NCBI GenBank assembly: GCA_049296775.1
Contig: JBAQTB010000001.1
Coordinates: 31,491-95,490 of the forward strand
Direction of reading: 5' to 3'
DNA length: 64,000 nt
Source: Patescibacteria group bacterium
GTDB lineage: Bacteria > Patescibacteriota > Patescibacteriia > UBA9934
A program made the translations under genes and the position numbers. A model generated the notes under the pieces. The model had not been told where the DNA came from, made no database searches, and saw only the letters and a program-made list of their open reading frames with translations. The first letter of the stretch is position 1. Each line of letters starts with the position of its first letter. This document shows, one piece after another, positions 19,685-29,650 of this stretch.

Positions 19685-21211
19685 ATGAGTCATTACTATT
19701 ACATTCGTGGTGAAGGCGGCCCACGGCCAAGCGGCGATATATTTCCTAAACCAAAAAAATCTAAAATTGATGAGGCGGACCACGCCAATATATTGGCACT
19801 CACCGAACAGGCGGCCTTTGAAGCTGAAGAAGCGATGCCAAAAAGACGGAGCAAGGCCGTGGAATTGACAGCTCTGCAAAATCCTGAAGAACTCAACAAA
19901 TTAGCTAATCCTGAGCCAGCTTCTTTTAATGAGGCCAATCCTCTAGACCGGAATTTACCGGAAAAAATCAACAACACTCTTGATGTTGCTGAGATTCCTC
20001 AACGTGAACTCATCAAGTCTGCTGAAAAAGCCGAGAAATCGACCGATAGCTGGTTCACCAGTCTGGCTAAACATTCACAAAGCATAGCTAGCGGCGCTGG
20101 CACGTTATTGAGCAAGGCTTTTGCTGGTAGAAGCAATCCTGAATTTGCACCGCGTAGCATAATGAAAGACGCCGCCGAAGGTGCTAAAGAAGTCTTTGTA
20201 GATGCCCCTCTAGACATGCTCGTCGGCACCAAGGGCCCAAGTCTAGCCAGACTCCTCGGGGAAAATCTATCCGTGTACGATCTAGCAAGAGCTAGCAAGG
20301 CCGCCGTGATTGATGTAGCTAGTGGCGTCAGTAAGTACGCCAAAGAAGCGGTACGCGGCGATAAATATCACAGATTACCAGAAGAAGACTTTACGCCTGA
20401 AGGCCAGACCATCCCGGCAGCCGTTGATTTCATGAAGGATTTGAAAGAAGCGTTGGGTGGCGGTGAAACTAAAGGTATGCTAAGCGAAATTGCAGACAGA
20501 AAAGAGGATGCTGTGACCATGACCAAATATATCTTAGGTGGCGGCTTCTTCAAGGAAGTTTATACTGGCGTGAGTGACAAGATTACCGGAAAGCAGCGCA
20601 AAGCAGTTGAGGCGTTGTTTCAAGATGCAAATATCAATGGAGACAAGGCCAAACTCCGATCAAGATTAGACACCTCACCCCATGGCAAAAAATCTGCCCA
20701 TAATCCTGAACTAAGAGCCGTAGAGATCGCCATGAACAGATTAACTGAATTTGATAACGCGAATATCGACAGCCGTATTCACGCCGGACAGATCAGTGCG
20801 GATACGTTGCGCTACACTAGCGAAACGCTCAAGACCGCCAGTGAAGACGAGATCTTCTGGGGCAGAATGGTTAACGACGCGTTGCAGGTTGGTTCGCAAA
20901 GACTGGAGACTGCAGCTTCAGAAACTGAGGATATCGCCAATATCGCCGCTCAAGCTGAAGCTACAAAACAAGAAGCCATTTTAAGATCAAGAGAGAAATT
21001 CATTAAACTCATAGATGCAGCCGAACGCCAATATCAACGCAACAACGAAGTGCTAACAAAAAATAAACTAACCAAAGGTACCAGGGAAGCCATGGCACAG
21101 AACATGGATAAACTAGACGACCTCATGAATAAGTACGCTGCAGCCGTGACCGCTTTAGATGACCTATCCAAGTTTAAACCTACTGCTAAACGTTTAGCTA
21201 AGGCCGCCTAA
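19685..21211 (+). CDS. Hypothetical hydrophilic, helix-rich protein.
   Basis: 508 aa, rich in Lys, Glu and Ala, with no TM segment or signal peptide and no recognisable motifs. Confidence 0.5.
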   Translation: MSHYYYIRGEGGPRPSGDIFPKPKKSKIDEADHANILALTEQAAFEAEEAMPKRRSKAVELTALQNPEELNKLANPEPASFNEANPLDRNLPEKINNTLDVAEIPQRELIKSAEKAEKSTDSWFTSLAKHSQSIASGAGTLLSKAFAGRSNPEFAPRSIMKDAAEGAKEVFVDAPLDMLVGTKGPSLARLLGENLSVYDLARASKAAVIDVASGVSKYAKEAVRGDKYHRLPEEDFTPEGQTIPAAVDFMKDLKEALGGGETKGMLSEIADRKEDAVTMTKYILGGGFFKEVYTGVSDKITGKQRKAVEALFQDANINGDKAKLRSRLDTSPHGKKSAHNPELRAVEIAMNRLTEFDNANIDSRIHAGQISADTLRYTSETLKTASEDEIFWGRMVNDALQVGSQRLETAASETEDIANIAAQAEATKQEAILRSREKFIKLIDAAERQYQRNNEVLTKNKLTKGTREAMAQNMDKLDDLMNKYAAAVTALDDLSKFKPTAKRLAKAA

Positions 21212-21216
21212 AATCT

Positions 21217-21585
21217 ATGTCTTCACCTGCCGAACTCATCAACATTATCGCCGCCTCCCCGCTCTCAGAAACCACCAAGGATTTTTTTACCAAAAAGGTA
21301 GAAGCGCATGGAGCTACGCCAGAGATAGTTGATGCCCTACGTGAGCTTATCCGAGCGGTCAAAGGTCAAACTGCCCAAGCCCTCGGTAGCGGCTTACCCA
21401 AAACTGATAGTCAGCTCATAGCGGCTACCAAAGTCATGCAATCAGAGATTAAAGCTGCTACGGATACGTACGCCAGCACCATGCAGAAGCTAGAGGAACA
21501 CTCCGCTAGACTAGCTGCGGACATTCAAGAAGATCTAAAACATATAGAAAAACTCGTGGTCGATTCTGCCACGGCTGAAGCGTAA
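21217..21585 (+). CDS. Hypothetical small helical protein.
   Basis: 122 aa, starting 6 nt after the previous stop, so likely co-transcribed. Confidence 0.45.
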   Translation: MSSPAELINIIAASPLSETTKDFFTKKVEAHGATPEIVDALRELIRAVKGQTAQALGSGLPKTDSQLIAATKVMQSEIKAATDTYASTMQKLEEHSARLAADIQEDLKHIEKLVVDSATAEA

Positions 21586-21589
21586 ACAC

Positions 21590-21628
21590 AAAAACACGTA
21601 GGCTTAAAACCTACGTGTTTTGTATTCA
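21590..21628. terminator. Bidirectional terminator between the hypothetical block (+) and thrS (-).
   Basis: aaaa-acacgtagg-cttaaaa-cctacgtgt-tttgtatt. Confidence 0.7.
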
Positions 21629-21630
21629 AG

Positions 21631-23391
21631 TTACTTAATGGTTCCTGCCGCTACGGCCGCAGCAATCAGCTCTGATTGAGCAATCTCTAGTGCTGCTTCT
21701 TGACCGAAGACCTTGATCTGACACGGCTCACCGGCGACTTCTTTCTCTCCGAGTACAATGGTCCAAGGAATTTTTTCAATGGCTGCATTGCGAATTTTCT
21801 TGCCGACCTTTTCACTCGACTCATCTAGCTGAACCCGCAAACCAGCCCCATCCAACTTAGCTCTCAAGTCCGCAGCGAAAGACGCAAACTCATCTGACAC
21901 CGTCACTAACCTAATTTGTTCAGGTGCTAACCACATTGGGAATGCGCCAGCGTAATGTTCAATCATCACCGCCATAAAGCGCTCCAGTGAGCCCAGGATA
22001 GCGCGGTGAATCATAACCGGACGTTTCTTCAAGTTATCAGAATCCACGTACTCAAGCTCAAAGCGCTCTGGCAAATTGAAGTCCAACTGAATTGTCGCTA
22101 ACTGCCACTCTCTGCCAATGGCGTCCTTGGCGATAAAGTCGATCTTAGGTCCATAAAATGCTGCCTCCCCCACTCCCATCTCATAAGTCTGGCCTAGCTC
22201 ATCTAATAACTCTTTCAGCATGCCAACAGAAGTCTCCCAAACCTCAGCACCACCCAAATAAGCTTCTGGTTTAGCTGGATCATTGACAGATAGGCGCAGC
22301 CGCAAAGGCATGTCAAAGGCTTGGTAGAACCGGGTGATGATGTCGTAAATGGCGAGAGACTCAGCTTTGACCTGATCTAACCGGCAAAAAACGTGGGCGT
22401 CGTCTTGGGTAATGGAACGGACACGTGACAACCCCTGGAGCTGACCAGTATTTTCATCACGATACACGGTGGTCACTTCACTAAAGCGCAGTGGCAGATC
22501 GCGATAACTACGCACACGAGAAGCGTAAATCTGAGTGTGGTGCGGACAATTCATGGGCTTCAACACAAAGGTCTCTTCAGACTTTTTGCTGGAAACATGA
22601 AAAATATCATCCGCGAATTTGTCCCAGTGGCCGCTAGTCTTGTATAGATCACTTTTAGCCATGTGCGGAATGGTCACACGTGTGTAACCGTAAGGCTTCA
22701 TGAGTGACCACACAAAATTAACTAGCTGCTCACGCAAAATCGTGCCCTTGGGAGTAAACAGCGGCAAACCTGGACCAACGAGTGGAGAAAAAGTGAATAA
22801 GTCGAGCTCAACTCCGAGCTTACGGTGATCCCGGCGCTTAGCCTCTTCTTGCATAACCAAATACGCATCGAGCTCTGCCTTGGTTACGAAAGCTACGCCG
22901 TAAATACGGGTGAGCTGAGCATTCTTTTCATCGCCACGCCAATAGGCACCAGCGAGTTTGGTGAGCTTAAAAGCTTCTGAGTCGATGTCCTTAGGATTTT
23001 CGATGTGACCGCCACGACAGAGGTCCAGGTAATTTCCAGATTTGTAGAAAGTCAGATTCTGACCATCTTTAGCAAACTCATCAATGAGCTCAGTCTTATA
23101 AGGATTACCAGCGAACTCTTGCCTAGCTTCATCCGCCGTCACATCAATTCGCTCAAAACTCTTCCAAGTCGTCAAAATCTTGCGCATGCGTTTCTCAATC
23201 TTAGGAAGCTCAGTCTCCGAAATCGGAGTGGAGAACTCGAAATCGTAATAAAAACCATCTTCAATGGCCGGACCGATCGTTCGCTTAGCATCTGGGTACA
23301 TCTCGAGCACGGCAGCAGCGAGCAAATGGGCTAACGAGTGGCGATAATGTTCGAGTTCTTGAGAGTTCATAGGTATTGGATCCTGACGCAA
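21631..23391 (-). CDS. thrS: Threonine--tRNA ligase, lacking the N-terminal TGS/N1 domains.
   Basis: The editing-domain HxxxH motif (HYRHSLAHLLA), class II aaRS motifs (FRDE, the GLxR region) and the anticodon-binding C-terminus. The start is TTG at 23391 or ATG at 23370. Confidence 0.9.
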   Translation of the reverse strand: MRQDPIPMNSQELEHYRHSLAHLLAAAVLEMYPDAKRTIGPAIEDGFYYDFEFSTPISETELPKIEKRMRKILTTWKSFERIDVTADEARQEFAGNPYKTELIDEFAKDGQNLTFYKSGNYLDLCRGGHIENPKDIDSEAFKLTKLAGAYWRGDEKNAQLTRIYGVAFVTKAELDAYLVMQEEAKRRDHRKLGVELDLFTFSPLVGPGLPLFTPKGTILREQLVNFVWSLMKPYGYTRVTIPHMAKSDLYKTSGHWDKFADDIFHVSSKKSEETFVLKPMNCPHHTQIYASRVRSYRDLPLRFSEVTTVYRDENTGQLQGLSRVRSITQDDAHVFCRLDQVKAESLAIYDIITRFYQAFDMPLRLRLSVNDPAKPEAYLGGAEVWETSVGMLKELLDELGQTYEMGVGEAAFYGPKIDFIAKDAIGREWQLATIQLDFNLPERFELEYVDSDNLKKRPVMIHRAILGSLERFMAVMIEHYAGAFPMWLAPEQIRLVTVSDEFASFAADLRAKLDGAGLRVQLDESSEKVGKKIRNAAIEKIPWTIVLGEKEVAGEPCQIKVFGQEAALEIAQSELIAAAVAAGTIK

Positions 23392-23394
23392 GGA

Positions 23395-23620
23395 AGGATC
23401 TAGTAATTAGAGTTAAACAAAAACCGACCAAGGCCCTAAACGGACGCTGGTCGGGGTCAAGCTTTAGCTCGACGGTTCCACCCGAATTCCTCGCTCTGTC
23501 ATAGACGGGTCACGGCCGAGTTTCTTGCGATTCTTGCCGACCTCGACCCATCTCTACAGCTCGGGGCGCTTTTATGAATTGTCTTTCGCTCCTGGGTTAG
23601 TAGCCCAATCACTGCGAATA
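23395..23620 (-). promoter_or_regulatory. T-box riboswitch-like leader of thrS (minus strand).
   Basis: On the minus strand GAAUUCGGGUGGAACCGUCG matches the T-box consensus AAUUAGGGUGGNACCGCG. A terminator hairpin follows (CCGACCA...UGGUCGG + UUUUUGUUU, plus 23414..23454). A candidate specifier region is GGGCUACUAACCC, with ACU (Thr) followed by A. Confidence 0.55.
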
Positions 23621-23625
23621 TAGTG

Positions 23626-23654
23626 ATTATAGCGACAGGCTCAGGCCCGGTCAA
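23626..23654 (-). promoter_or_regulatory. Sigma70 promoter driving the thrS leader.
   Basis: On the minus strand: TTGACC, a 17 nt spacer, then TATAAT. Confidence 0.6.
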
Positions 23655-23673
23655 TAGGTGACGGAGACGGTAA

Positions 23674-24867
23674 TTATTCCTTGGGCTCTTCAATGATGAT
23701 CTTAATGTGATCTTGCAAGGTAGGCACGCGCTTCAGCCAGAAAGGCGTAAAAGACACGGACACGTCTTGAATGGCCTCTGAAGCCCGGAGTAAGGTCAAG
23801 ACCTCATGAGGTGCCCTACCCACAAATCTGTCTTTATTTAAGGTTGGAGCATCTTCAGCCAAAATCGAAAGTCCGTCTAGATATACAGTAATCACAGCTT
23901 CCCCATTGGCAGCATCAAGCGCGCTAACTTCCGTACGCATGGTTTGATCATTCACTAAAGACACACGGAAACCGTCTGGAATCTGTTCAGACAAAAGCTT
24001 TTCAGCATAATGCTTAACTTCCAACCTAGGGTAATACACGGCAGTGATCTTCTGCTTTAAGGTCAAAGTAAATGAACCCACTTCAGCACCAACGGCGGAG
24101 TCAGTCGTCTCCGCAACGGTTACGATCTCATAAGATTCGCCGTCTAACTTGGCCCTATCTACACCGGCACTTAATGTCTGTTGGGCCTCAGATAAAATTT
24201 CATCTGACAAGGTCTGAACAGCTGTATCAATATCCGCCTCAGTTAAAACCCGAACATATTGCACGCCGCCAGTCATGGCCGCGACACTCACGCCATAAAT
24301 CTGAGTTTGCTGTGTGGCATTCAAACCAGGAATAGTAAATTTAGAGGCACCAATTTCGCCACCCTTACCGGCGACATCTGCCTTTACAAATACCTCCACC
24401 TGACCATTAGCTGGCACGGTGGCAAGATTCTGCAAACGGTACAAAATCCCTTCTTGAGAAATCAAACGCGTCGTAGCCACGAGCGGTTGATCTTTAGCTG
24501 ATTCGTTAATCAAAGTCACGTAACCACTCGCCTTATTTTCTACCGGACTGGCGCCTTCTGACGGCAAAGTAAAGACGCGACTCTTGGAAAGTTCCGTAGC
24601 AGTCACCAGACCGGCCACCTGGCCTTCAGCAATTGGCTCCGCAATCACATCAATATCCGCTTCAACGTCGATAACCTTAGGATCGGCGACGATTTTAATT
24701 GTAGCTCTAGAGACAGACAGGTACAGGACGCAGAGCAGCAGTAAAAAAGTAATTACCACGAAAGCCACGGCAATATGTTGGTACATACGCAGTGAACGTG
24801 ACAATGGCTTCCTCCCTGCCCCGGCGCGCTCAACACGCTTTGGTGCATTTTTAACCATAGATATCAA
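23674..24867 (-). CDS. Hypothetical membrane-anchored protein (N-terminal TM, large extracytoplasmic domain).
   Basis: 397 aa with a TTG start and one TM helix (IAVAFVVITFLLLLCVLYLSV). The rest is beta-rich and Thr/Val-rich. It lies between dnaE and thrS. Confidence 0.5.
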   Translation of the reverse strand: MISMVKNAPKRVERAGAGRKPLSRSLRMYQHIAVAFVVITFLLLLCVLYLSVSRATIKIVADPKVIDVEADIDVIAEPIAEGQVAGLVTATELSKSRVFTLPSEGASPVENKASGYVTLINESAKDQPLVATTRLISQEGILYRLQNLATVPANGQVEVFVKADVAGKGGEIGASKFTIPGLNATQQTQIYGVSVAAMTGGVQYVRVLTEADIDTAVQTLSDEILSEAQQTLSAGVDRAKLDGESYEIVTVAETTDSAVGAEVGSFTLTLKQKITAVYYPRLEVKHYAEKLLSEQIPDGFRVSLVNDQTMRTEVSALDAANGEAVITVYLDGLSILAEDAPTLNKDRFVGRAPHEVLTLLRASEAIQDVSVSFTPFWLKRVPTLQDHIKIIIEEPKE

Positions 24868-24905
24868 GATTATAGCACGACCTTTTCTTGACTCTGGATT
24901 TGTGA

Positions 24906-27900
24906 CTAATATTTTACATTCGACTCACCGACTACGGCTGCAATTTTGCTAATGGTTTCACGAGTAGCTAACACGCTGTATTCGGTAGCGATCTTCTTGT
25001 CTTCTCCCCCAGAATTCACGACTAAATACACCCTCGTCGCTCCTGGCGAAGTCTTGAGCACATCACGCAAACGCATAATCATGTCATTGCCCGGCTTTTC
25101 CGGCACCACGATATTCAACCCTTCAGCTTTTTTCACGGAATTCAAAGTTTGCAGTTTGGGCGCGGTATCAACCGTTTGACGTTTGGCGACATCTTCCTGC
25201 CAATCACCAGCAATCAACATGCGGCTCAAGTCTGGAATGTCAGCTTCATTAAAGCTGATTAACGAATCCACCAAGACTGACCATTCTTGTGTATCCGAAT
25301 CCTCTCTAGACCTAGCCGAAACTTTTCCGGTCACAAGCACAAAGGCCTCGGGCAGCAATTTATCTCTAACTTTAATGTAAGTCTTAGGGAAAACTACCAT
25401 CTCAAGCACGCTCGTGGGGTCCTCAATGCGTACAAAGGCCATGGGTTCGTTCTTTTTCTTGGTAAAAATCTGCTTGATATTCGTAATCACCCCGGAAACC
25501 TTAACAATATCGCCATCAATCTTGGTCGGGACGTCTTTCAGGGCCGTGGTGTACTGATTAAACTGCTCATAAAATAGCGAGGTCGGATGTGAAGATACGT
25601 ACAAGCCCAACAACTCCTTCTCCCAAGACAAAAGTACGCTTTGCGAAACTGGTGCGGCTGGCTGCAACTCTAACTTGCGCTTGGCCATGGACTCGGTCAT
25701 CTCAAACAAGGAAGATTGGTTGCGATCTTTCTCTGATTGAGCCTGTTTGTTGTACATGACCAACTGATCGATATTCCCCACCAAAGTCACACGATCACCA
25801 AAACGATCCAAAGCGCCACACTTCACCAGAGCTTCCAAAGTCTTACGGTTAAAGGCATGAGAATTAACCCGCGTCAAAAAGTCAGATAGATCCGTGAAAA
25901 GACCGTTATCCTTACGCTCTTTAACAATGATCTCAGCGATTTCACTCCCGACATTCTTAATGGCCTGCAAACCCCAACGTACGTTATTTGTACCCTTCAC
26001 CACCGCAAAACCTGGAAAAGATTCGTTAATGTCCGGCGGGTAAACGCTCAAACCCATGCGGCGACACTCCTCAACCTCAATAGTAATGCGGTCAATGTTG
26101 CCAGAATCAGAATTCATGAGCGCCGCCATGAAACAGTCCGGATAATAAGCCTTGAGGTAAGCCGTTCTGTAAGCAATAGAGGCGTAACACGCCGCATGCG
26201 ACTTGTTAAAACCGTAAGCGGCAAAATCTTCTAATTTCTGGAAGATTTTATTCGCTAGCTCCTCACGGACACCGTTTTTCATGGCACCTTCAACGAATTT
26301 CGTCTTCATCTTGACCATGAGTTCAGCGATCTTCTTACCCATGGCTTTACGCAAAGAATCAGCTTCACCACCAGTGAAACCTGCAATATCCTTGGAGAGT
26401 TGCATCACCTGCTCTTGGTAAACCGGAATGCCGTAAGTTTCCTTAAAGGCATTCTCCATGAGCGGATGATCGTAAATAACTTTTTCGACGCCGTGCTTGC
26501 GCCGAATGTAGCTATCAATAAACTGCATTGGTCCCGGCCTGTACAGGGACACCATAGCAATAATGTCCTCAAAAGCTGAGGGCTGGAGTTCCTTAATGTA
26601 GCGCTTCATGCCGTCTGATTCCAACTGGAATACACCCGTAGTTTCACCGCGACCAAGGAGCGCGAAGGTTTTAGCATCATCAAGCGGCAGGTGGTCCATA
26701 TCCACCACGTCACCAGTCACCGCTTTGATGATCTCTAAAGCATCTTCAATGATCGTTAAGTTAGATAAGCCCAAGAAGTCCATCTTCACCAAACCAGCCG
26801 CCTCAGAGGCGTTCAATGAGTATTGAGTCACCAGCGCCATGTCTTCATGCTGACCCGCCTGCAAAGGCACCCGTTCAACCAAGGGTCTATCACCAATTAC
26901 GATGCCACACGCGTGTTGCGAGGCGTGTCTCGGGTTGCCCTCAAGCTTAATCGCTAAATCAATCACCCGGCGGGTCATGGGGTTACTCTCATACATGATT
27001 CTGAGATCTGGCGACTCCACAATCGCTTCTTTGAGCGGCGTGTGCCGGCCCTGCACCGGCGGCGGCACATTCTTAGCGATTTGATCCGCTTCCTGATAAG
27101 ACAGACCGAAAACTCTGGCCGCATCACGCACGGCGGCGCGTGGCATCAAAGTTCCAAAAGTGATAATGCCCGCCACCCGATCCGCACCGTACTTCTGAGT
27201 GACGTATTCCAACACCTTGCCGCGACCACGGTCTGCGAAATCAGTATCGATATCTGGAATGGAGACACGGTCAGGGTTTAAGAAACGCTCAAACAACAGA
27301 CCATAACGCAAAGGATCGAGGTCGGTAATATGCAAGACGTAAGCCACAATTGATCCAGCCGCCGAACCACGACCAGGCCCAACCAAAATATTATGTTCCT
27401 TGGCCCAGTTAATGTAATCCTGCACGATCAAGAAATATGAAGAGAAACCCATCTTACAAATGGTGCTGTACTCAAACTCAAAACGTTCCATGACATGAGC
27501 TGGGACAGGATCGCTGTACCGTTCTTTCAAGCCCTCCAAACATAGGTCACGCATGTATTCGTTATCTGTCTTGCCATCTGGCAAAGGGAAATTTGGCAAA
27601 AAGTTTTTACCCAACTCCATTTCAAACTGAATCCGGTCAGCAATACGCCGTGTATTCAGCAACGCCTCTGGTACATCCGCAAAGTACGCCATGATCTCTT
27701 CTGGCGTATCAAAAGACAGGTCAATCTCTTCCGTGCTAGTCCGACGGTATTCTTCCAGCGTACGACCGCGCTGAATACATAACTGCGCCTCATAAGCCTC
27801 GCGATCCTCTGTGTTCAGGTAAAACGCATTCTTAGTGGCGACTAGCGGACAACCAGTTTTTGCAGCCAAGACCTTAAACGCCTCGTTCACCTCAACCTGA

Positions 27901-28454
27901 CGCGGCATGTCAGGGTGATGAATCAATTCCAAAAAGAAATTATCCTGACCAAAGATGTCTTGATACTGACGAATCAAATCCTCGGCCTTAGTCAGGTCAC
28001 CATTCGCAGCCGCCGCCGGCACTTCCCCACTCACTGCACCTGACAAAGCAATCAAGCCTTTAGAGTGAGCTTTTAAAAATTCTTTATCGACCCTAGGTTT
28101 GTAATAAAAACCCTCCAGGAATGCCGCCGTCAAAATTTTAGACAAATTTCTGTAACCCTCCTCAGTTTCTACTAATAAGACTAGACGATACGGCCGGTCA
28201 TCTAACCTGGCGCGCTTGTCTGTCATGCGGTGCTGAGCCACGTAAATATCCGCTCCAATGATTGGCTTGATCTCTGCCTCCTTGCAAGCTTTCCAAAACT
28301 CAACTGCACCGTAAATAGCACCGTTGTCAGTTAGAGCCAAAGCATTCATGCCCAACTCTTTGGCACGCTTAACCAAAGCTTTTGGCTTAGGCAAAGCCTC
28401 CAGCAAAGAATAGTGCGAATGCACGTGAAGATAAACAAAATCCTTGGCATCCAT
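24906..28454 (-). CDS. dnaE: DNA polymerase III alpha subunit.
   Basis: 1182 aa with an N-terminal PHP domain (HVHSHYSLLEALPKP), the polymerase core and a C-terminal OB fold. Confidence 0.95.
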   Translation of the reverse strand: MDAKDFVYLHVHSHYSLLEALPKPKALVKRAKELGMNALALTDNGAIYGAVEFWKACKEAEIKPIIGADIYVAQHRMTDKRARLDDRPYRLVLLVETEEGYRNLSKILTAAFLEGFYYKPRVDKEFLKAHSKGLIALSGAVSGEVPAAAANGDLTKAEDLIRQYQDIFGQDNFFLELIHHPDMPRQVEVNEAFKVLAAKTGCPLVATKNAFYLNTEDREAYEAQLCIQRGRTLEEYRRTSTEEIDLSFDTPEEIMAYFADVPEALLNTRRIADRIQFEMELGKNFLPNFPLPDGKTDNEYMRDLCLEGLKERYSDPVPAHVMERFEFEYSTICKMGFSSYFLIVQDYINWAKEHNILVGPGRGSAAGSIVAYVLHITDLDPLRYGLLFERFLNPDRVSIPDIDTDFADRGRGKVLEYVTQKYGADRVAGIITFGTLMPRAAVRDAARVFGLSYQEADQIAKNVPPPVQGRHTPLKEAIVESPDLRIMYESNPMTRRVIDLAIKLEGNPRHASQHACGIVIGDRPLVERVPLQAGQHEDMALVTQYSLNASEAAGLVKMDFLGLSNLTIIEDALEIIKAVTGDVVDMDHLPLDDAKTFALLGRGETTGVFQLESDGMKRYIKELQPSAFEDIIAMVSLYRPGPMQFIDSYIRRKHGVEKVIYDHPLMENAFKETYGIPVYQEQVMQLSKDIAGFTGGEADSLRKAMGKKIAELMVKMKTKFVEGAMKNGVREELANKIFQKLEDFAAYGFNKSHAACYASIAYRTAYLKAYYPDCFMAALMNSDSGNIDRITIEVEECRRMGLSVYPPDINESFPGFAVVKGTNNVRWGLQAIKNVGSEIAEIIVKERKDNGLFTDLSDFLTRVNSHAFNRKTLEALVKCGALDRFGDRVTLVGNIDQLVMYNKQAQSEKDRNQSSLFEMTESMAKRKLELQPAAPVSQSVLLSWEKELLGLYVSSHPTSLFYEQFNQYTTALKDVPTKIDGDIVKVSGVITNIKQIFTKKKNEPMAFVRIEDPTSVLEMVVFPKTYIKVRDKLLPEAFVLVTGKVSARSREDSDTQEWSVLVDSLISFNEADIPDLSRMLIAGDWQEDVAKRQTVDTAPKLQTLNSVKKAEGLNIVVPEKPGNDMIMRLRDVLKTSPGATRVYLVVNSGGEDKKIATEYSVLATRETISKIAAVVGESNVKY

Positions 28455-28609
28455 AGACGATTAATCTAGATCAAGATTAACAAAAATACGCCCTAAAAGC
28501 GAGAGCGACAGTCCCCATGATTTGCACAGGAAATTTAGGTGAGATTGACCAAATAACACACATGCTGCTAAAAATACTGTAGGTAGTCAGGACCGCTCAC
28601 CCCCTAATC

Positions 28610-29467
28610 TTGGAGCTGGCCATGAGCAAGCCGCCCCCGTTTAATCTCTACGCTCCAACCTCCTGCAACCTCGATCCGTCCCTGGCTCGTCATTTGCAGG
28701 TAGCACGCGCCTCCCAAGTTGCCAGCCAAGCCTTTGACTGGCAAGCCTTGATCATCAAACTACAGTGTAGCGTGCGACCAGTGCTAAAAACAGCCAGCTG
28801 GCTGTTGCTAGCAAGCATCATCCTCACCGCTGAAGTCACGCTGTCAACGGCGCTCACAGCCGGTTCAATCTACGGACTAGTCGCCTTCATGTGCCTGCTG
28901 GCTGGTTGGGATGAGCATCCGAAGACACTAGTCTTCAAGCAGGCCAGTCAAAGCATGTTGGCGACCATCGTACAACCCCTCGCGTCTGGAATACAGCTCT
29001 TCAACATTGCCACCTACAAGTTCAAAGCGCCGCCCGTGATGGTGACGACACTCTCCGGTACCTCGAGATTGAAGACTGACTCCATTTGGACCGATGAAGT
29101 CTGCCAGGACCCACGGTTTGGTGAATACCTACTACTCCTTGAGTTCATGCAGGCCTGGAGTGATTTGGCGAGTACGCTTAATCGCCTCATCATGAGCGCG
29201 GAGGATCAAGTACTACCCGGCGTGGTCGCTAAGTTTATCCTTGACCATCGGGCGACACTCGAACTGAAAGAGTTGCAGTTGAGAAGTTTCATCAAACACT
29301 GCACTGCGCTCGCTACGCTCGGTGAACCTGGCGCCGTGGCACCAGAGACTCATCAGCCGCTCTTTGGTCAGGCCGAGGCCGTGCACAAACACCTGGCCAG
29401 CCTCAGGCGCATCAACTCTGAAGCTCAGAGTTTACTCGCCGACATGGTGCGAAATGGCAAATACTGA
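28610..29467 (+). CDS. Hypothetical protein in a GC-rich island.
   Basis: 285 aa with a central hydrophobic stretch and no recognisable motifs. Local GC is about 58 % against a background near 49 %. Confidence 0.45.
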   Translation: MELAMSKPPPFNLYAPTSCNLDPSLARHLQVARASQVASQAFDWQALIIKLQCSVRPVLKTASWLLLASIILTAEVTLSTALTAGSIYGLVAFMCLLAGWDEHPKTLVFKQASQSMLATIVQPLASGIQLFNIATYKFKAPPVMVTTLSGTSRLKTDSIWTDEVCQDPRFGEYLLLLEFMQAWSDLASTLNRLIMSAEDQVLPGVVAKFILDHRATLELKELQLRSFIKHCTALATLGEPGAVAPETHQPLFGQAEAVHKHLASLRRINSEAQSLLADMVRNGKY

Positions 29468-29493
29468 TCAGGCGCCCACCGGCGTCCTACCCT

Positions 29494-29530
29494 GCAACGC
29501 ATACACTTGTGCTTGCAGGGTTTTTCTTAC
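29494..29530 (+). terminator. Intrinsic terminator after 28610..29467.
   Basis: ccctgcaa-(15 nt loop)-ttgcaggg followed by tttttctt. Confidence 0.5.
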
Positions 29531-29650
29531 TCAAATTACAATTTGCACTTTCAGTCCCCAAGTTGCATTGACTGATAACACAACAAGCGCCTAAGCTGAA
29601 TTACTGCTACTTGCTATCCTCCGATAGTAACTGGGCAGGCCGAGGTCACC

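Noticed and set aside
23499-23693. A 64 aa ORF on the minus strand within the thrS leader.
   Set aside because: It overlaps the predicted promoter, the T-box motif and the terminator. It is Arg-rich with a TTG start, and is more likely non-coding leader RNA.
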